Positions 37,281 to 50,855 of a DNA stretch of 64,000 nucleotides are shown one piece after another. The notes under the pieces were generated by a model. It worked only from the letters and a program-made list of their open reading frames with translations. It was not told the DNA's origin and ran no database searches. Numbering within the stretch: the stretch's first letter is position 1; each line of letters begins with the position of its first letter. The stretch is taken from contig NMRA01000783.1 of NCBI GenBank assembly GCA_002633005.1, forward strand, positions 84,004-148,003. The letters run 5' to 3'. This DNA is from Phoronis australis (lineage: Eukaryota; Animalia; Phoronida). Both the position numbers and the translations under genes were made by a program.

Positions 37281-40200
37281 CTGAAACATCACAAATGCTA
37301 AGAAAACACGATATTAACTGTCATGAGACAATGCTCACATGAAAATTTCTATGAACCACTCGACGACTTCTTTAATTCTAGATTGATCAGACTTACTGAA
37401 CAGTTGTTGAAAGCAGAAATTATAGAACTTTTTACTGCATGCATACGTTTGCATTCATGTATGCCAGAAAATTTGATCAGTTTTCTGAACATTATGTTTA
37501 AATTATGCTTGAAACCATGTTTTTCATCTCAAAATATGCACTTTTGCTGTTTGGGGCTGGGCTGCCTAGACTATTCACATTTTAATTCACTGAAGCATCA
37601 TCAATTTCTTGGAAGATCAATTTTAATTTTGAAAAAAATCTTCTATTATTCATTAAAGGCCTTTGAACCCTTGGAGGTCAGCAGAAGAACATATTAACCT
37701 TGACATGTATGCCGCCACATGACAGCACGTACTACACCGTACATAAAAACTTAAAGCACACACGTGACATTTGAGTTCAGTTACGTGCAGTTCATGAAGG
37801 ACGTCATCGACAAGTCTGTGCATGATATTTGCACGAAACGGCCGAGCCGAGTAACGTAGATGAAGTAATATCCCACGAGACATTATTCCAGTCTCGGTCG
37901 ATACGCGGAATAATGTCGAGTGGGATATTACTTCATCTACGCCAATCGAGGTACGTTTTGTATTTATCCCATACGCTTCGAATTCCTAAGTTTCGTTGAT
38001 ATTCACGGCAGACTTTTTAAATTCTTCACTCATATTGTTCACGTGGCGGATCACAGCCTATATGTATGTACTTGCGCGTTAGGTTGCAATTTTTCTCTAG
38101 TAAAAGAAACAGTTTTAAATGTAATGATTTATTACTATAAAAGATATAACAAAGATGAAAACAACGGTAACTGTACGTGCATTGAACTTGTAACATCTCC
38201 TGAAAATAGTTAAATAACAACAATATTTGATAGTGTAGTTATACCCATAGGAATCGGCGCACACTATATAATATTTAGCAATATTTAGAACTGTCAGTCC
38301 TGTTCCAGATGTTACGATTGAGTCCTGATTGCATGTTGAGTGTTATTTATACTGCTGCAATCGTATTAGTTTAAACTATTTTCGGAAAGTTTGATGTTCG
38401 AACCGGCTACGACGTCGAGTCGACATTGCCCTACCTTTTGAACTTTCCATGTCAGAGGTCACTGTTGAAGTAGTGCGGAAGGTGAATACGGAAAACATTA
38501 TTACATGGCCGTTATTGTACTCGACTCATTCAACGTTAATAGCCAAATATCTACATGTAGACGACTTTAGATTTTAACTCATCAAAAACATGTACTTCCT
38601 GAAAGTAGAAAGTCTGTACATTTTGGTCTCCGACTTTATACCAACTAGAATCTGCCGTTCATAGGTTCACGTGATCGTGTCTTTTAAGTAAAATTTAGCG
38701 AACACTCAAGTATACATTAATGTATCGTCCGTCCATAGCAGAACAGTATGAATTACATTACCAAACTGCGTTCGAATAACAGCTGTACAATAAGAAACCT
38801 TCTAAATTTTCACTTCGTTTTCATTTTTTTACAGCTTTTGAGTTTTTTCGTGAAAACAATACCCGTTCTATTTTTGGTAGCCTCTCTTGCAAAAGCGGGG
38901 CACTTTAAAAACAGTTTCAAACAATTTTAAGGAACGATGCATAAAGCATGTTATCTGGAAGTATTGCACTAATTCAATCATTTATTTCTGATACACGTAC
39001 ACGGCGTTCTTAAGTTGGCAAATTTGGACATTTTCCTGGGCGCTGAACACTGTGCATATTTTTTGCAGGCTGTTCAAATTTGAGTTGCAAGACATTCAAA
39101 TCCATTATTCATTGTATGAAATTCTTAAACAGTTCCTGAAGGTTTATAATGTTTGCAAATAATTGACAGGCATCCTGGAGAACCTGTTTATGAGTTAAAT
39201 TTGTTGCGCAGAACTCTAGCTTTTGCAATTGCCGGTATATGATGTTCGTATTTTCGTTGGGAAGCACCCATCTCACTAACGGATGACGCCAGACATGTAC
39301 ACTGTCGCGTTTTTGACGACGTGGATAGATCAGCACTTGTAGACGCTTAGCGACAATTGAAAAGGTTTCTACTCGAAAACAAATGGATACTTAGTTACGG
39401 TTTTATGCGCCGAAGCTCAGTCGAATTTCGACGTTGGCTGGTTTATTTTGAAAACTGGTACATGAAAATAATAATTTCAATAGCAGGAAACGAGTAACAA
39501 TTGATGTGGGGTTACACTCCGTCAGGATCTCAAGTTTCAAAAAAGAAAGAGAGCGACAGACTGATAACTGAGCTCAGCCATTACCCCTAGCCAGGGATGT
39601 GTCTCTGCAGAAGTACAGGTTTTGCATTCCCTAAAAATTGCCTTCTTGAATTTGAAAATCTGAATCAATCTGCTTTGGAAAATTTGTGCATGTAACAAGT
39701 TTTCTCAAACTTAGTTTTCGAAGTATATGCTTGAAAGCGCGTGTTCAAATTTATGGCTTTAGATATGATCTATATTTCAAAAATGGGGATACCTGACAAG
39801 ATATCCAGACCAAGGTCCTCAAAAGGTAAATCAAGCACTGGTAGTCGTTCTCTTAAAAATCCTCTCCTCTACATGTTTGACTGCAATTTTCTGTTCCCAA
39901 CTGTCCCCTGGCACCCCCCCCCCCTTAAGCTAGTGCGTGTTGGCCACGTTCACCCTGATGCCTGCGAAATATCGGGATGGCCCGGGTAATACTTGCACAC
40001 GCCCATTGATTGGCTTGAAATGCAAGTCACCACAATGTCAACACGGTGTGAACAATTTACCTGCAGTGCCAGAATAGGGGCCAATCGTCAGTTTGTACTT
40101 CGACGTCTCAGGGCCCAGAGAGAAAGTATCGTAAACGGCGTGCGCTTTCGTATGTTTGAAATCTTCTAAGTCGACTCTCAGCTTGTAGTTATCTTGCTGC

Positions 40201-42205
40201 GTCAGCCGGTGAATATTGGCATTGCCTTAAACACGAATAAAGAATGTTGCAAACATTTTGTCCCGTCAGCAAGTCGCCATCTTTTGACCACATCACGTGA
40301 CCTATTGAATATAAGTCTGAATAAAGAATCACCAACCAATGGAAATGGCAAAGCCAAAATTACATAAAGAACGACCACTTTCTCCGAATAATAATTACAG
40401 TCATAAAGTACGTGTGTTTGACTATTCTCAGATGTAAACAAACATTTACACACCTATCCAAAATTCACCCATCAAGTTGCCGAATCCTGCCTTATACTGT
40501 GACCAATCCCGAAAGAAGTCAACAGTACCATCTTGTCGTCGTTGAAACACCTGTCAAAAGGTATGTGGTACATGTAATTATTTGTTGTTCACTTACTATT
40601 TTTTGAACATAATTAATTGATCTATAATTAGCCGATGAGCCATGGTAGACAATGCTTTATCAGGAAAAACCAACGTAAATCACGTGCTCCGAGTATTTGC
40701 ACACTTTAGAACACTTCATTTAAATGGTCTATGTTTCGCAATGTGCTTTGCTCCAGATTTAGGCGCATCATTCGCAAATGGACGCATGCGTTTAAATACG
40801 GGCATTGATAAAACAATTAATTTAAACAAACCTGCATTGCAACAAGACAATATACAACAGTATCATTAGGGAACAGCTTGACTGGTTATGCTTACTGTCC
40901 ATCCGCCTCCGTCGGTCACCATGTCACAGTAAACCTCTATCTCACCAGAGCCATCTTTGGGATGGATAGCGTAAACACCACTTTGTCGGGCACCATCATG
41001 GTACAGATCTGCACAGTCCTTGCACCTTTTCCCTAAAACTAGGGAAGTTAAATGGATTTGAAATGCATCTGAGCTTAAAACGTCTTGAACAGAACTTTGC
41101 GAAACTTTAGGCTAAAGCACCTCATTTCACGAAATGTTTAAATTTAGTCAAGCAAACAATACGTGTAAACATGTTTAATAACAGAACTTAAATAGTACAT
41201 CAGCGGCCTTATAGATCGATTTTGGTATTCAGCAGAAACTGAAAGATGACCTGGGACTGAATTGGTTAACGTTTATAGCCAGTTTGCTACCACATACCTT
41301 TGGGTTTATTGACATACCCACTCAGACGTGCCTTGATGCTCTCAACGTCATGATTTATAGTGTTAAGCTGGTTTTGAAGTTCACCGTATAGCTCACGCTG
41401 AATTTCTTCACTTCGTCTTCAAAAACAAAAACAAATCAACTATTTAGTAAGGCTTGACGCAGCTTATAGGATTATTTTGATGCCTAAGCGAAACACTCTG
41501 GTCGACACTAGTAGATTTCAAGTCTCAATGTTTTTTGAATTGTGTGCTGGCTGCAGCATGCAGTTCGTTTTATGCCATTTGCCCAGATCGATCAAATAAC
41601 GTACTGATATAGCGTGACTGACACACATGCGCTGTTATTTCAGCTAACATAAATTGATACAACATATAACACTTGGAAGTCGAACTGGCAGTTTAAGATT
41701 AAAAATGCCATTTCCTTCCACTTTGTTTGCACCTGTTGCGATCATAGAAAAGGCCTCGTCATTTTAAATGTACCAAGGACATGCTTGGCGGAACGTCACT
41801 GCTCTGTAGATTCATGTAATTATGTTTTTCTGTCAAATTTCAAAGTTTATGAAAAATGAAGTTCAATTATAAACACAAGTGGCGGTCATTTTTCGGTACA
41901 ACACTAGACAGGTGAGAAACCCACACTAAAAATTAGCATAATGTTCTAAATGATTTCATGTCAAACATATCAATGGAAATTTATCTGATGAAATTAGCTA
42001 GTGCGTTCACGCTGATTCCGTTTTGTAAAAATTCAACAAAGTGGAAAGAAGACCTGGCGGAATTTTTAGAAACCAGTTGCAAGATTTTCCTACGAAGGCT
42101 CTACGTGCCACCTGTACAATAACATTTTACTTACCCTTCAACACCGGACAACAACAACAGCACGGACAAGATTAACATAACGGCTAAGTTACACAGCTTC
42201 ACCAT
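37003..42205 (-). CDS. Secreted fibrinogen-related-domain protein (ficolin/tachylectin-5/FIBCD1-like), 6 exons, 288 aa
   Basis: Exons 42205-42135, 41416-41298, 41032-40896, 40550-40454, 40225-40061 and 37280-37003 join in phase (867 nt) with no internal stops. They encode a signal peptide, a coiled coil and a complete FBG domain. Confidence 0.93.
40061..40225 (-). CDS. FReD gene A exon 5 ([23 protein letters not shown]...[13 protein letters not shown])
   Basis: FBG motifs; AG/GT boundaries. Confidence 0.95.
40454..40550 (-). CDS. FReD gene A exon 4 ([33 protein letters not shown])
   Basis: Canonical FBG motif QRR.DG.VDF.R.W..YK.GFG...EFW. Confidence 0.96.
40896..41032 (-). CDS. FReD gene A exon 3 ([25 protein letters not shown]...[13 protein letters not shown])
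   Basis: FBG N-terminal motif DC...SGVY.I.P...VYCDM.TDGGGWT. Confidence 0.96.
41298..41416 (-). CDS. FReD gene A exon 2, coiled coil ([39 protein letters not shown])
   Basis: Heptad-like helix; phase 2 to 1 fits both neighbouring exons. Confidence 0.85.
42135..42205 (-). CDS. FReD gene A exon 1, signal peptide ([24 protein letters not shown])
   Basis: ATG, hydrophobic core and VEG cleavage-like site; GG|gtaagt phase-2 donor. Confidence 0.88.
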
Positions 42206-42241
42206 GCTTGATCAGCGACGAATTACGCGCACAATGCTCGA

Positions 42242-42285
42242 GACTGAACGTAACTTATACATTCATGCAAACGTTTATTATATAG
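42242..42285 (-). promoter_or_regulatory. Candidate TATA (TATATAA) and Inr-like (TCAGTC) core promoter of FReD gene A
   Basis: The minus strand reads ctatataataaa...ttcagtc, 40-80 nt upstream of the ATG. Spacing is a little long; motif evidence only. Confidence 0.3.
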
Positions 42286-45065
42286 ACTTTGGTGATCATC
42301 GGTGGGTCTTTTGAAGACAGCATGTTTCAAAAATAGTATTTTTGTCAATAGGAGTGACATGTTTTTGACACCGGAAAGTCATGCCTGAGGCCACAACAAA
42401 GAGGTTCTAAAAAGATTTTTTTTACGAGCAATGCTCTACACGACATTCCACGAACTTGCTCTACAACAACAGAGAACATTAATTGCATGCTATGACTTTC
42501 AACGTCATAAAAAAATCAAATTGGTTCTTTCTTTCCAAACTGCTCCGATCACTGACGTTACCACGCGGCAGCACAACATGGCCAAGCTCTCTCTGCCCAT
42601 TGCTATAAAACACCCATGGTCGCATTTCAATTTACATTTCACTCTCAAAACTGGGCCCACCCCGATCGCCCACAGCTTCGCGTTTGGTACCCCTGTTAAA
42701 CACTTTTGTCTGAGACAGTCGTTCTAATATTCATTATGACCCCAATGCAGGCGATAGGCTTTCCGTTTCCAACTCGAACTCGTGCTTCTGTTAGGTCTTA
42801 CTAAAAATTGTAATTGCATATTTTATCAATGTGAGAAAACAGTACACCAACAGGGGTGCCTCGGTACAATATAGTGCAAACCTTTGAGCACATTACTTCC
42901 TTCACGTACATGTACAAAACCTCTCTCTCAATCTGTAGAGACATATTTCTCCAAAAAGCATAATCGTTCCCCCGTCCCTTTGCCTGAAAGCATGTTTTCA
43001 CATAAAGAACGTTCGGTATTATGACTATATAGGATTAATTGTTCTATTCATCAAATTTTGTTTCCACTTCACATCGTGTTATTCTCGACGAACTTTTTAC
43101 CCTCTGTTTTATTTTTTAAAATTTTACGCCAACAACACGAAGCAGAAAAAATCGCGGTTTAGAAAAATAGAATAAATTGGTTCTTTGACATGGTATAAAT
43201 TTAAACTCGAATTTAAGGATTTCGTAGGACATTATCGAGAAATCTGTGCTTTTGCCAAATATTTATGCACAATCATAGGATTTAACTCGGTAAAATTATT
43301 ATTTTCTGAAAGTAGAAAGCCTGAAGTAGTTGATTTCTGACTTATTCCAAACTGCAACCACAACGATTACAAAACGAACATGCACAGCAAAACAACGATA
43401 TAAAAACGTGATCAAATTTCGTTTGTTATGGCCGTTCAAAAAATCTCAAAGGCTCTGTAACAACGTTTCTTTTTAGTTTTATACATCTTTTTGAATTTTC
43501 CATCGACATCATAAAAGTCCCATTTTGATAGCCCTTTATGCAAAATCAGACCATTTTAAAACCAATTCCTTCGTGTATAAGAAGTAACAGTCCTTGTAGA
43601 CAGATGTCATAAAATACTTGACCGATTTGGTTCCAAGCTCTCTTGAATTCATGTCTTTCAAACTCTGTAGAACAATTGATGTTCAGAGGGCAAAGTGTAC
43701 AGCAGCCCACCAATCGTGGCTACCAACGCTAATAAAACAACACACCATTCTAAACTATACATTTGAATTCCGGCTCTTCGAATAGCACCGCTCATTTTCA
43801 AAATGGAGGACAAAATGATAAACGCCCGCGAAATACCCAATTGCGTAAAACATAGAATCTGGAAATTTTATGTGAATCCGATCAGCCATATTTTAGAGAC
43901 ATAATGGTTCGAAGGTAAGGCAAATTTGGACATCTTTTGCGGTCGTAATTCTTAATAATTATTGTGGTTCCTATTTGTTGAACGGCTTAACCGAGCAAAA
44001 TGTGTAAAGTTTCTTATTTTAACAAAATAAGTGTTTTTGATTTTGGAAAACTCTGTTTCAGTCGAATAACGGTAACGTTACTATATTGGTGATGGCACTG
44101 AACAATGCAGTTCCTCAATTTATTTTACATGAAATCAAGATTTTAATATGTGAACTTAGTAGGCTCAATGTAAAAATGTGGTAATTGTGTATGAGCGATT
44201 TCGTGTTTTAAACATATTTTTGTCAAACTTTATTATAAAGATTATTAAAAAATACATAATACAGTTCTAAAAATTTGGCAACATACATGTATGTGTAGAA
44301 TTTACTTTGCCTACTGAACCATTTTGCACGAAAAAGCTTTATTGTTTCTAGCATGTTTATGACATTCAACTTATAACAGTTGAGCTGTTACTGTACTTAA
44401 AATGTCTTAGGGGAAGAACACGTGTGCACAATTAGTGTGTTGACAACCTTTTGTACGAGTGAGCGCAGTTGCAGATATCATCGGTGTCATAAATAACTGT
44501 TTTTAGTGTCGCTTTGTCGCGGTGACCAGTTTTTGTTGCGAGTTAATAAAATATGAAAAAAATCTATTTGTCCCTGAGGGGACGTCTTGAAACGGCTATA
44601 GTAAGTTTAGTTCTGTCTTTTCTATGTTTCTCACAACTGCCCATTGTCATCATAACGCGCTGTTGAGGCCCGCGGGTAAGCAATTTAATCAAACGTCTTT
44701 ACGTTTTGTTTTCGACAAAAGGAAAAACCTTTGACATTTAAAAATCTTGGTGTTTCTTACATTGTTATTGTCATTTGAGCAAATATATTACTCTTCTAAT
44801 ATTGTCATAGTTGTTTGTGCAGTTATCAGTTACAATATTCAGTGGCGGATCTAGGATATCACAAGGGGAGGCTCAACATTTTGTCTGTAAACATTTGCTC
44901 AAGGCACGATTGTAGATGCACATAGCACCGAATGGGGGGAGGTCGGCCGGCCGGTCAGGAAAATTTTCTATTTTTCCTCTAAAAATCAAGCATTTTCCTT
45001 GATTCCCGAAGTATTATCCAAGAAAAAAGGCAAAAAACGGTGTCAGCCAGAAAAAACTGTAAGTA

Positions 45066-45127
45066 CCTTAGACTCGAACTCGCGACTAAGCGGACATAGC
45101 GCGCGTGCTTTACCACTGCACCACCAC
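45066..45127 (-). repeat. Degenerate tRNA-like / SINE head
   Basis: Minus strand: GTGGTGCAGTGGTAAAGCACGC...GAGTTCGAGTC (A and B boxes); no clean acceptor stem. Confidence 0.5.
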
Positions 45128-46204
45128 GATTTAACTACTAATTTGATATTAAGAGACCTACTTGTTTATGGTCCACAGCGTTTGCGCGAAACCTCCTTCT
45201 TTTTGTAATGCTTATTACATGTTTTATGTTTTGTGCAATAAGTTCGAAACAAATTTGTTGTATTTAAAATAGTCTTCAATTGCTCAAAAGACCAAATCCG
45301 TTTTTTTGGTAGGCAATAATGACGCGATTGCTTTGGAAATCGTCTTGAGTTCTGAGTGATTCACTAAGGCTTCGATTAAAATTCACGTCTTACCATCAGC
45401 TTCTGTTTTTTCACCATCACTCAGATTCCATTTTCTTTAAAAATGAAGTAATTTTCTACATTGCACAGTGAAGCAGACGACGGAAACGGAGTCGTAGTGC
45501 CCAACGCCACTGCCGGTCGCCTGAGATATCGCGGGAGAGCCTATACTTAGCCATAGTTCCGTTACGATTGCACCGTGTTCCGAATTTGACAGCTGAAGTT
45601 GGATCTGACACCCCCCTCTCCCCCAAACACTAAAACTGCACACATTTAAATATTGTTTCAGCCGTATAATTTCAATTACCGGGGTTAATTAATAAACTCA
45701 ACATTTCCCTACGCTCTTGCTGTTTTATTTTTTTGCGTCAGAAGGTACTAAAAACTACAATGAATAATGGCATTGACGGGAATCGGAAGTTTGGCAGGCT
45801 TGCTTGAGCACAAGACCCGATAGTGTCATAACGGCAAAATTATAAGTTATCTGAATGATATTACTTTTTATTACTTTTGAAAAATGTTACCATAGAATCA
45901 TTATATACATGTATCAAACCATGTTGGTGATACACTACATGTACTTGTTTTGCTTATTAAAGTTTCAAGAGTGATAATGTTTATAATATTAACCTTTACG
46001 TTTTATCAGCAGATTTTATGGTAGTTCAACTTGTCGACAATCGTAAACGAAAATCCTTTTAACATACAAATTTTAAAGCTAAAACTGAACCAGGGGTTTA
46101 ATCTTTGTACTCAAAATCGACTTCGAAATGTTTTTTTGACATTTCGGTTCTATTTTTGTGGGAACTGAAGATGGGCGTCTATTTGTTATACGAGAACAAC
46201 CCTG

Positions 46205-46393
46205 GAAATCGCTTTCGCATTATATCCAGGTTATCAATCATTCCCTTGCATACATTTAATAGAACGAGGGAGCTCCGAGGAGTACATGTAGAAGACACCT
46301 TTGTCCAATGCTCTATTGTCAGCCAGTAAAGCCAGGATTCGAACCCGGGTCTCCCAGACGGGAGTCCGGAGCTCTAACCAATGAGCCACACTG
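46205..46393 (-). mobile_element. tRNA-derived SINE
   Basis: Minus strand: A-box TGGCTCATTGGT and B-box GGTTCGAATCC, followed by a body shared with the 23 kb copy. Confidence 0.85.
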
Positions 46394-49300
46394 TCTATGT
46401 CGATTACACCATGATTTGTGAGGGAGACTTTTTTATCCTACTTTGCACTTGGTGACCCCACCAATAAGGCCATAAGTTCCAATTGTTACTCGTAATCTCG
46501 AGTTTTTACTCGAGTTTGTAGTTCGAATCTGTGGGTCACCCGTTGAAAACTTGGACACGAAACTCGTATAGTACGTTATTGCTTTATATATGTGTGTATG
46601 AAAATGGTGTGATATCTTGATTCATAAACGATTTTTGTTAATTATAAACAAATCTTATAAGATGATTATATTTCATTGAACTTTAACGTAATTTGAAATA
46701 CCGGCGATAAAATCGATAACATCTTTCCCGTAAACAGCAAACACCCATTGATATATTTATCAACCTGAAGTATCTGGTGGTAAATCTAGGATGTCGAGAT
46801 TGGGTCCCCAAGTACAACTCTCAAAGGAAAAATGCTCACGTAGTCCCTAATAACATTTTCAATTGAGTGTGAAGGAGAACATCTAAGTCGGCCTTTGTGT
46901 GGCGCTTTAAACAAATCAAAGTTTCAGTGTTTTTTACATGGGTTGCTGTAAGTTGGTTAAAGCTACATCACATGCTCCTCAAACAGGTATTTCCAGATGC
47001 TCCGATGCACGAATGTAGATCGTTAACCGTGGTTGATGGTCATTTTTGGGAGCCCAGAGACTCGCTTGTGAGCTGATGAACTGTTTGGGCAACGTACCCT
47101 CCTATGTGTCGTGTATTGCGAGTCCGGCACCATGATAAGGTTACATGTATGTAGAAAATTTTGAAATGTTTCATAAAAATAATGAAGGTCCTATATTTGA
47201 TAGACTCTCCTAATAAAGTGGAACATTTTAAAAGCAATTCCTATCAGCTTTTTGGATAACAGTGCATAAAGCCCTAACCTAATGTCAGGGCTTTAAAAAC
47301 GAAAATTTAAAATATGCTTCCAACATACATCCACATCACATATTTTTAATAAAATTTAGCAAAAAAGAAACCTACATTGATACTAAAACAACGATATCCA
47401 TAAAATGAAAATCTCATGTAATATGAGTATTCATGATGAAATCCCAAAAGCGATGTAATAGATTTCTAAAATACCATTTCGTTTTCCTTTTATGCAACTT
47501 ATGAATTTTTTTGCGAAAATTATTAAAGTTCAATTTTTCGTGAAAAAATGAACATTTTAAAAGTTATTCCTAACAGTGCATGTGACATATAGTACCTGAA
47601 AGTTTCATAAGGATACGATCAGTTATTTCTGAGATATGATGTTCCGAATTTAGCCAGATTTGGACATTTCTCTAGAATGCTACAATGCCTTAACTAGGGT
47701 GCCGGTGAACCTGAGATTATTGTGCCTGTGAACCGTGTCGATTGGAGCCTTGTTATCCCCACTCCTCATAATCTGTCCCAATTGGGCTAGTTCACTCACT
47801 GCCTACCCTCCAGTAACGTTCAGTCATTTGATATTATATTTTAGGTACATCTTGAAAATGGAATGGCCCAAATGTGGCCGATAACAAATTACCCGTAGAT
47901 GAAGCAGACTCAAACGATACATGCTTGTCACTCTGATATAACGTAAGAATAAAATTTTCAAAATGTCAATGGCGAGAATATAAAATAGAAATTTTATACT
48001 GTACACTAAGTGAAATTTTACAATTAAAAAACCTCGGAGATTGACTTACTGTATAACGAGCACCTCGCATCGGCTCAAACCATGGACTTTGAATCTACAA
48101 CATGGCATCAAGTCTGTTGTTAAAACAAGTTCATAAATAACATATGTAGTAATAATCATAGTGCAAACTGAATGCCAAACTCTTGGTGATATCATTTATT
48201 TCCATGTGTGGCCTGCTTACATGTAAACGTCGACACCAATAGTTTATTTACTAGATTTGAATCCGACAGGTCTTATCTTCATACTGGTTCTCTTCAGGGA
48301 GTTTTGGAGGCCCTTGAAATGGTGCCAGTTGACTCCAACTGAGTGTCTCGTGTGCTTACCAAGATGACACAGACCGTTCAGGTTGGATCGATGACAGTAC
48401 TTGTACCACCACGCGAATTTTTAGTGAACAGCATAGTTTGAAAAATAGGTGTCGTTATCTCTGTCTTTGTTGGTGAAGGGTTGATCGTGGTGATAGGAAA
48501 GAGAATTACCTGAAAAGTAACAAATAGAATGCTTTTAAATCAAATAAATTAAATAATATGTTTTTCACTTCGCCTACACAATTCATATGACCAGACGAGA
48601 CGTTATTCTTCAAAAATGGATTGTGTCATCATTTACGATGTTACGCAGTCAGGACTATACACATTCAATTGCGTATGAGTGAATCCCATCTCATCCTTCA
48701 GAATAAAAACCAAGTTACATGTATGAATGGAACAGTAAATTTCTTTGATCATAGATTTTTGACCATTTGCAATTTTCAAATGTTAGGTTATGTAAGACTT
48801 ACTGTAAAGGTTCTTGTCTATTTGTCTTTTGAGGGTACTTGCAATTCAAAAGATTCTATATCCGTTTTATTTTCCGTTAAAACTCATTAAACTACTTTTA
48901 CAGGGACATTTTACATGTATTTCAAGATTTTGCGTTCCATCAATAAATGAAATAAAAACATTGTCATAAAACCTGCCAGAAATAAATTTTGACACCTTAA
49001 TGTGTCCTAAAACAAATCATTTTCAAAGTGACTCGGGTGGCTAGGGCCTCCACTAACAAATAGCAGTCTTCGATATCTTTTGTACTTCAGAATTTACCTT
49101 CTGTCCATTTCATAACATGCGCAAAAAGACGAGTTTAAAATTGCAAGCGTTAAAATACGAACGTAAAATTACGAGCGAAAAATATGAGAGTACAATCATG
49201 CAATTTCTCAGTGGATATAACGAATTTGGTGGTAAAACATGATGAGTGAAGTCTCGGTCATAATTACGAGCGTGACTACGGGCGAGTGCACCCGAACGGC

Positions 49301-50550
49301 CCATGATACAGGCTGGTGTTTTTCGTCGGTAAGCTCGGCCGCATAATCAGTCAGCTAAAGACCGAAACTAACTTTGCTATTTTTGGCCTTATTGACATCG
49401 TTATTTTCATAACTGCTACCACTTGCAATAAAATTGAAGGTTACGTCATATTACGTTTCGTACATTTGGAAGAAATACCAAGTATGCAGTGTAGGTGTGT
49501 TTACCTGCGTTGCCAGAATAGGAGCCAATTTTTAGTCTATAGTTATCTTTCTCAGACCCGACAAAGGAAGCACTATACACAGCGTAAACTTTCTTATTTT
49601 CGAAGTCTTCCAAATCAACTCGTAACTTATAAGCACCTTGGCTGGTCAACCAGTGAATCTTGTCATTTCCTTAAAGAAGAATAAAATCAGAAGGTTTTAA
49701 TGAAATGCAAATCCTCTCAGATACACATCAGGCGGAAACAATTTCGTATTTACGCCTCAAAATTCCAGCTTCTAGCTCTAAAACTCACTCCTGGAACAGC
49801 AAACACCTAACTCACAGTGCAAATTTCATACTTGAGCTCCCTATCTCCAGACCGGACGGTGTCCAACTCCATATCAGGAGGCCCGATGACTCGTCTGGAC
49901 ATATTCCCCGGGTCTAGAGCTTAGTCACCGGGTATGGAGATTTTTCGGAGAGTGGGTGGAGTTTAGGGACACGTGTATGGAATTTGTCCCGCGTGATTTT
50001 GTTTGCTGACTGATCCGGGAATCATGGGATTTTCGGGATCGAAGCTAAGCTGGACGGAAATTCAAGGGAGCGGTCATTTAATCGGAGTGGAGTACGGATG
50101 AGGGCGAAGCCCTCGGACGGCTTCGCATTATGTCCTTGCAGTAGGCCTACTTGGTGTGAACGTGGAACGATCGGCGTGGAACGGAACTGGCTGGAGCGCG
50201 ATGGTGTTCTTCTTAAAGGCGAAGGCAACCTTTTTTCATGTCATTTTGAGCTAAAATAAGGTTGGTTGGTTATCCTAGACATATTTTCCACTTAATCACA
50301 GCTTTTCGTAATTTTATTAATTACTCGTCCTCTACTGCGGAAGTGACGTTTTTGGAGGCAAGCGTTTCCCGCCACTTGTTTTTGCGTTGAGTTTACCGTG
50401 TGAATCTGTTCTATTCTACTTTTGTTTTGTACTGTTTTTCAACAATTGTCGCCACCACTTTCCATCGGCGAGTATTCTGTGGCAAGATAGGTTAGTAGAG
50501 AACCCAACTACGTTGGATTTAGGGATTGTTTAGTGTGTTGTAAGCTGAAA

Positions 50551-50855
50551 ATGGCTGGAGTCGGTAACCCGTATCACAGGGACAGTAGTGTGAGTGACGG
50601 AGACCTTGTTCACAGCAGTGGTGACGAGGAATTTTTTCACGGACATTCAGTGGGTGGGTATATGTTTGAGCCCGAGTATAACGAGGCAGAGTACGCACAG
50701 GCACAGGCAGCTGTTGAGAGAAACGAGGCGGCTACTGAGGACAAATGTGGTGACACATTTTGGTGCAAATGCACTGTGTGCGTTGTTATACCTACCTCAA
50801 TGGAATGCTTGTGCTGTTCAGAGTTCGACGAGGCCAAGCCACTACTGGACACGGT
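50551..50855 (+). pseudogene. KolX / P2X7-ballast-like Cys-rich ORF, 3'-truncated
   Basis: MAGVGNPY...GYMFEPEY...WCKCTVC......ECLCCSE matches the Y.FEP...WC.C..C....E..CC.E motif. The ORF runs into the antisense transposase sequence after ~50855. Confidence 0.8.

Noticed and set aside
43658-43840. Minus-strand ORF with a hydrophobic segment (WCVVLLALVATIGGLLY)
   Set aside because: Lies within a dispersed repeat copy; no convincing splice sites or recognisable family
46335-46393. Functional tRNA gene
   Set aside because: A and B boxes are present, but it continues into a body shared with another copy and lacks a clear acceptor stem, so it is a SINE head
47030-47130. Possible snRNA (Sm-site-like CATTTTTGG)
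   Set aside because: No resemblance to the spliceosomal snRNA sequences I can recall
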